Below are positions 58,749 to 64,000 of a DNA stretch of 64,000 nucleotides, piece after piece. Each line of letters starts with the position of its first letter. Within the stretch, counting starts at the first letter, position 1. Location of the stretch: assembly GCA_964187785.1 (NCBI GenBank), contig OZ076410.1, positions 64,170,001-64,234,000 on the forward strand, given 5' to 3'. The notes beneath the pieces were generated by a model, which saw only the letters and a list, made by a program, of their open reading frames with translations, had not been told where the DNA came from and searched no databases. Both the position numbers and the translations under genes were made by a program. This DNA is from Amphiscolops sp. MND2022 (Eukaryota).

Positions 58749-60185
58749 ATATATTCAACCTTCTCAATATTTATAAAAAGTTTTTTCTCACAGTCATTTC
58801 TCGACGTTTTTTGCGTTGGGTTTTCTTCCATCTGATAAAAGGATGTATCATTAGCGAAACGTGTCGTCCTTGTACTCTCGCAAGCGTTTGTATATCATGA
58901 TCATTGTATGTCATAAATTAAAATGGGCTTAGTCCAGAACCTTATGGGACACCTGTGGTTGTTTGTCGCATCGATGAAGTTTTCCCGTGAAAGATCTTTT
59001 GTGAATTTTCTGGACCAGACCTGAACCCAAACTAGGAACATTTTGGCAAAGAGCTGACCGTAAACGAAAAAATAGCTCCTCAAAACCTGACGCCAGACGA
59101 AGAAATCTCTGGCCGGGACCCGAGCCTTGATTAAGAAATGCCTGGTGACTAAGTTTTTCAGGAAAAAGTTTGAAATTTGCCGGTAAATCTGTATACAGCG
59201 TAGTCTTTTCCGTTAATTTTGCATGTGAAATGATTTTGCTGGAAATCGCTTTATCTCATCCTTACAATGCGTTCTGCAGTTGATCGGAGGGGTGTGCGTT
59301 GATTTGGACGGCGAAATTCTACTTTGGATACAAAATACAAACGAATACAAAGAAAGATCGGTGTCAAAGTTGTTCAAAGAGTAGTTCGAAATGCCAGAGA
59401 TTTTTTAGACTTCGTCGTTTGGGGCCGTCTGTGCCCAAATCAAAAAAATATCTGGAGCCCCTGAGCTAGAATACGAAACCTTTTGTTATCTCTGGTTCCC
59501 AGCTCTGACAGGCCAAGAAATCTGTGATATGCCACTGGGATGTGGACCCGGGATTTTCTAGGAGTAGGAAAATTTTTTTTGCAATCATACCGTTTTTCTC
59601 CCGACCTCTCAATGAAAATTCCAAATTTCTCAAAGACTGTTCATACGATTTCCAAAAAAATTGCAGAGTCGTATTACACCCAAAGGTGCTCCTGCGTGCG
59701 CAGTGGCATCAAAATTGTATGGCTAGGATGTGAGAAACAGCCAAAATTAGCTCAAAAGTGACCAAAAAACAGCCAGTTTTGAACTGAATTCAATTTTCGC
59801 AAAAACTATCCATACGATTCAAACGAATTTTCCTACAGTCATTCTATTTCTTATAAGAACTTAATATGTGCAATTTTACCAATATCGTATGACTGGTATT
59901 CGAGCGAGTCAGAAGGAAAAAGACCTAATTCGACTCCTTTTCCGCGCATGCGGCTCTGGTTCTATTACCACGATTTTAAATAGCTCAATACCAAGTAATT
60001 CCATATGTCATCTTCGGCTCCATTTTAAGCAGAACTTCTCTTCTCTTGAACGTGTAGTTTCTTTTTTCCAATTTTTATGTTAAAGCAATGCGTAATTTTT
60101 TGCGAACGATTTAAAAACAACTGTATATGTACATTTTTGAAAAAGGTTTTCAATTTTAGATTTTTCAAAATCCGATATTTCATGC

Positions 60186-60348
60186 CTGGGCGACAGTAAA
60201 CTTCTTCATGTCATTAAAACGAGGCCCACTGTAGCACGTAAAGAAGAATGTGTGATGCAACTCCAACTTCATGACGTCACAGACTGAGTCTATCGTCGCA
60301 TCTTCTTCCGCGTTATTTCTTACTAAATTGTATTTCTTTCCTAAATAC
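60186..60348 (-). CDS. Glutathione S-transferase internal exon
   Basis: Acceptor TTTTAG|G; (R)YLGKKYNLVRNNAEEDATIDSVCDVMKLELHHTFFFTCYSGPRFNDMKKFTVAQ; donor CAG|GCATGA in phase 0 with the exon at 57462. Confidence 0.75.
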
Positions 60349-60439
60349 CTAAAACATTTGATCATTCAAGCGCTTTTCTATTGGAAATTCTCAAAACGTC
60401 GATGCACTTTCCATTGTAATTCCATGTTTTTTTTCAAAT

Positions 60440-60626
60440 CAAATTCTGATGAAGTGTTTTCGATGAAGGAAGTGCTAAAAATATTGTGCTAAAAAGAATT
60501 TCAAATTAAATTTCAAAACAAGGCAATAATAGCTATTATTGCCTTGTTTTGAAATTTAATTTGAAATTCGTTTTAGCACAAAATTTTTTGGCACTTCCTT
60601 CATTGAAAACACTTCATCAGAATTTG
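60440..60626. repeat. Near-perfect 187-bp spacerless palindrome centred on AGCT (60531-60534)
   Basis: CAAATTCTGATGAAGTGTTTTC...AAGGCAATAAT-AGCT-ATTATTGCCTT...GAAAACACTTCATCAGAATTTG. Confidence 0.92.
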
Positions 60627-60793
60627 CAAAAAATGTCAAATTCGGTTCATTCCGGCTTCACCTTTACCGAGTTTCGGTTCATAAAACTGTATATCTAGCC
60701 TACACGTTTATTGATAAAAAAGACGCCCGCTAAGCACCGGGATATTTTCCTCCCTTTTCGCCTTCATCACTTGAGCCATAACTATGTTGGGAG

Positions 60794-60892
60794 GGGAATA
60801 GGATCTAAATAATAAGATCTAAAATTTAATGATTTTAGATCTTATTCCCGTCCTGAAGTTTTAGATCTTATTCCCTTTAGATCTTAATCCCG
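60794..60892. repeat. Inverted/direct array of the GGGAATAAGATCTAAAA motif
   Basis: Two forward copies (~60794, ~60811) face three reverse copies (~60833, ~60859, ~60876). Confidence 0.6.
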
Positions 60893-63007
60893 TTTTTACT
60901 CTAGATTTTACTTCCATCTCAGTATGAAGGATGAAGGCTGAGGAGGGAGACTGAGTAAGTGGAGTGGAGTTGTACAAAGTGGGGTTTTGGCAGAATTTGG
61001 AAAAAAAACGCAACACAGATGATGATTTTCCTCCCCAATTGAAAATGTGGGTCGGAAAATAACAAAACTTTTGCAACTGTCGCGACCCGCTCCCAGTCGC
61101 TGTTTTGCATGTTGCTGTTGTATCCCAGGAGTACCCAAGGCATATGGACATGGACATAGCAAGTACTGTTGAATCAAACTAATTAAAATTACCTTATCCT
61201 ACTTACAGTACAGCTAGACGTTTAGCGGACGGTTTTTTCCGAATAATAAGCTCAAACGTATGCGTTACCGAATATTTTTGAGAAATAATTCCTACCTAAA
61301 TAGAACTTCCGATTTAACTTTTTACATGTGATCACTCTGTTTCCGGTTTGTCTTCTGAAATTCACATGTCGATCTAAATAGCCAAACAGAGACAAATTAT
61401 GTAACAGAAAATTAACTTTTTTCACTCTGAAAAAAAACATTAAAAAACAAAATTCAACTCCGTAATTGTAACGGAATTCATGCAATCTAAAATGAAAAGA
61501 ACACACAAAATAGTATAGTGGAATTGTTTAACAGTACTGAAGTAGTTGTCAAAACTCACTTAAATTACAGTCGAGTAAATTAGGCAAATGTTCGCAACGT
61601 TATGACGGCGTCACTCAACTAAGCTTGTAGCTGATATTTCTATTTTTACGGACCAAAAGTGTCGTCCCTTATCCGAGATATTTGAGCTCAATCCAGTAAA
61701 AATTGAGTTTAGTCTATTAAGAGTGTTGCTGTAGCAACGCCGACAAGCCAAGAGAAAGAGAATGAACGCCTACGCTCTCCGCTATCCTTCATCTGCCGCT
61801 GCTCAACTATACCTAATCTTGATACGTACGGAGCAACTACGGAGTGAATTGTAAAATTGTATTCCGCTGCTGAGCTATACTTAACCCTAATACGTACGGA
61901 GCGACTACGGAGCAAATTGTAAGACGGCTACTACGAAACAGAAATCCAAACTGATTTTGTATAAAATCTTTCTTGAAACGACGCATTCAAAAGGTTTGAG
62001 ATTTAGGATTTTACATGAAAAGGTTGTACTGTAAGTCAGGATAGGAAGGATGTGTTTCCAAATTGTGAAATCTTTTACAGTGTATTTTTATTTTATGATG
62101 ATAGTAAGAATTACGTTCGCCTTACGTTGCGAATAACTTGTGCATAGAAAGATCATAAAAAGACGTTCTTTACAAGCATGACATATAACTTAATACTAAG
62201 ACCGAAAATGCAACGTGAGATCATTATCAAGTGAGTTAAAAGCAATATTAAACATCTCAACGGTTACCTCTATATCCTGAGTATATCCGAAGATGTTTTT
62301 CCTGAGCCCTTACTCTCATCAAGCAGTTTGTCTATAATCATGTATCATCACTAATCTTATGCTAATATTTAGTTATGGAGAGTTTGTGACGGATTGTTTC
62401 CGTTGATGTTCATTTGTGTCTTTGTTAAACTATTGTCTCGTGAGATACAAAGCGGTTTGTGTTTTTGCTAGTAATTAGAATGTGCCTTTCCAGTATCAAT
62501 TGTTCCTCCTAAGTATTTAGATATTTTCCTCTTTTGAAATTCTTTGTTCCCTTCTAGTTACGTTGTCATTTTTGCGTGTCAAACTTTTGCTTCGAAGCTC
62601 AACTTCCAAGCTGGCGTGCCTTCGTCGATAAAAATGTTAATTAGACTTTTATTTTGCCGCAATTTTGAGGCTTAAACAGGAAATGGAATTGCCTGAACAA
62701 AAATGATTTCAGCAAGTGTTACGGAATAGCGACGAAACCAGGAATTTCGATACCTGATTTTATGATGCGGGAAGGAAATAATTTAAGTCATTAGGGATTT
62801 TTAGTGAACAAACACGATTTTTAGGATACCTTGGATTTTGTATGTGAGGAACAAATGATGCTAAGAAAGTTATACATGTTGAGTTTACACGTAAATTCAG
62901 TTAATTTTGCTGATCACTTTGTACTCAATTTTTCCGTTAATATTACGAAAAACTTTTCTTCGAAGAATTCACTATTTGCCGAAGATTTCAATTTTAACTA
63001 GTATAAA

Positions 63008-64000
63008 ATGACAACTAGAAGCCAGAACAGAAACGCAGAAGCTGAGCTAGTTTCCGGAGAGTTTGAAACTTCAACCGTAGAAAATAATCAACCTGATAAA
63101 CTAATTGCAGGTCCTTGTAAATCTCCTAGAGTACAGCCTGAAAACTTGGAGGAGATAAAAACATTTTTGAGAAAGGAAATAATGTCTGATCTTGCAAAAC
63201 TATTAGATGAAAACCAAAAGGAAGAGATGAAACTCGTATCACCGATAACTAAAAAAACCATCTGCCCATCAAAATGCTCAGGACTCAGTTCCTCTGCAAA
63301 AGCCAGATGTGAATGGGATGCACTACATTTCGATCCAACCAAACATAAACTTCATGAATTCTTAGATGTGCTACAAAAACAGCAAAAGAAGCGCTCGGAC
63401 CAGAGGCGCAAAAAATCATTGATAAGAGCAATCTACACAAAAATTCCGGATCATGTCAAAAAGATACTCAATAGGGCATATCTTGAAGATAAGCCCTACA
63501 ATGACATCGTTCTGCATCTAGAAGAGCCCGCTGAAACAACGTTAATCCCTCTGAACGCAGTCGATGCAGCTCCACCGGATGAGACAAAGGACCAACAACA
63601 ACGCGGCCGTTGTTTCCACTGCGGCAGATATGGACACTATAAGGTATAATGCAGGAAACTCAAGAAGGACCGTTATTACGAAAACAAAGTAAAAAGCAAC
63701 GAAATAAATACAAATGATCCACACAACCGAAATGTGACACATGCGGGAAAATGCACAAAACTGAAAACGGTTGAAACGGAGCTATTGCGGCCAATGATCC
63801 CAGAAGAAAGAGACGAGAATTTACAATCCCATTTGCTAAAATGAACGAACACCCGTTGCCTGCCCCACCAGCCCATCCAAAAAACTGAAATTGCGCGCTT
63901 ACGATTCGGGGAAAAAGTAGACGCGAGGGCATGTACAATTGAAGATCCCCAAAATCAATTTCAAAAACATTTTTATGACTGAGTGCAACAAAGAAGGAAT
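63008..64000 (+). pseudogene. gag: Degenerate gag of another LTR retrotransposon (probably Gypsy), running out of the window
   Basis: EWDALHFDPTKHKLHEFLDVL...IYTKIPDHVKKILNRAYLE...IVLHLE; CCHC knuckle CFHCGRYGHYKV*C broken by a stop; further CDTCGK.H motif. Confidence 0.7.

Noticed and set aside
60861-61177. GST N-terminal exon (MSMSICLGYSWD resembles GST-mu MPMILGYWD)
   Set aside because: The similarity stops after a few residues, with no downstream RG/LPY/QS motifs or usable splice donor.
203-63938. Numerous short (60-130 aa) ORFs antisense to TE genes or within AT-rich repeats
   Set aside because: They are shadows of real ORFs or low-complexity repeat translations with no motifs.

Overview
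Eukaryotic (intron-containing, AT-rich, TE-dense, probably invertebrate animal) window dominated by nested mobile elements. (1) 1-8250: decayed BEL/Pao LTR retrotransposon (minus strand). A ~530-bp Helentron-type non-autonomous (HINE/DINE-like) element interrupts its gag, and a ~1.9-kb gag-pol/HINE segment is triplicated in tandem. (2) 9336-10270: a SINE-like piece and a CGGBP1-like hAT transposase remnant. (3) 10944-25019: a full-length 14.1-kb Maverick/Polinton (adintovirus-like endogenous DNA virus) with AGTAGT termini, ~139-bp TIRs and a 6-bp CATCTC TSD. It encodes pPolB, PHD-fused RVE integrase, packaging ATPase, penton, hexon, adenain, a PLA2-like protein and an ORF with an HUH-like motif. 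Several of these genes are disabled. (4) A three-exon PC-esterase (PCED1/FAM113-like) host gene, join(27803..28000,51862..52375,54578..54702). Its 23.9-kb first intron holds (5) a 17.8-kb Ty3/Gypsy element (33965-51761, 441-bp LTRs ~99% identical). This element has gag, pol, a class III (chuvirus-G/herpes-gB-like) envelope glycoprotein and several extra accessory ORFs, so it looks like a complex endogenous retrovirus-like element. (6) Two exons of a glutathione S-transferase on the minus strand (GC-AG intron, one frameshift), MITEs, a LINE remnant, a 187-bp spacerless palindrome and the start of another gag at 63008. All homology calls are motif recognition by eye; no database search was run.
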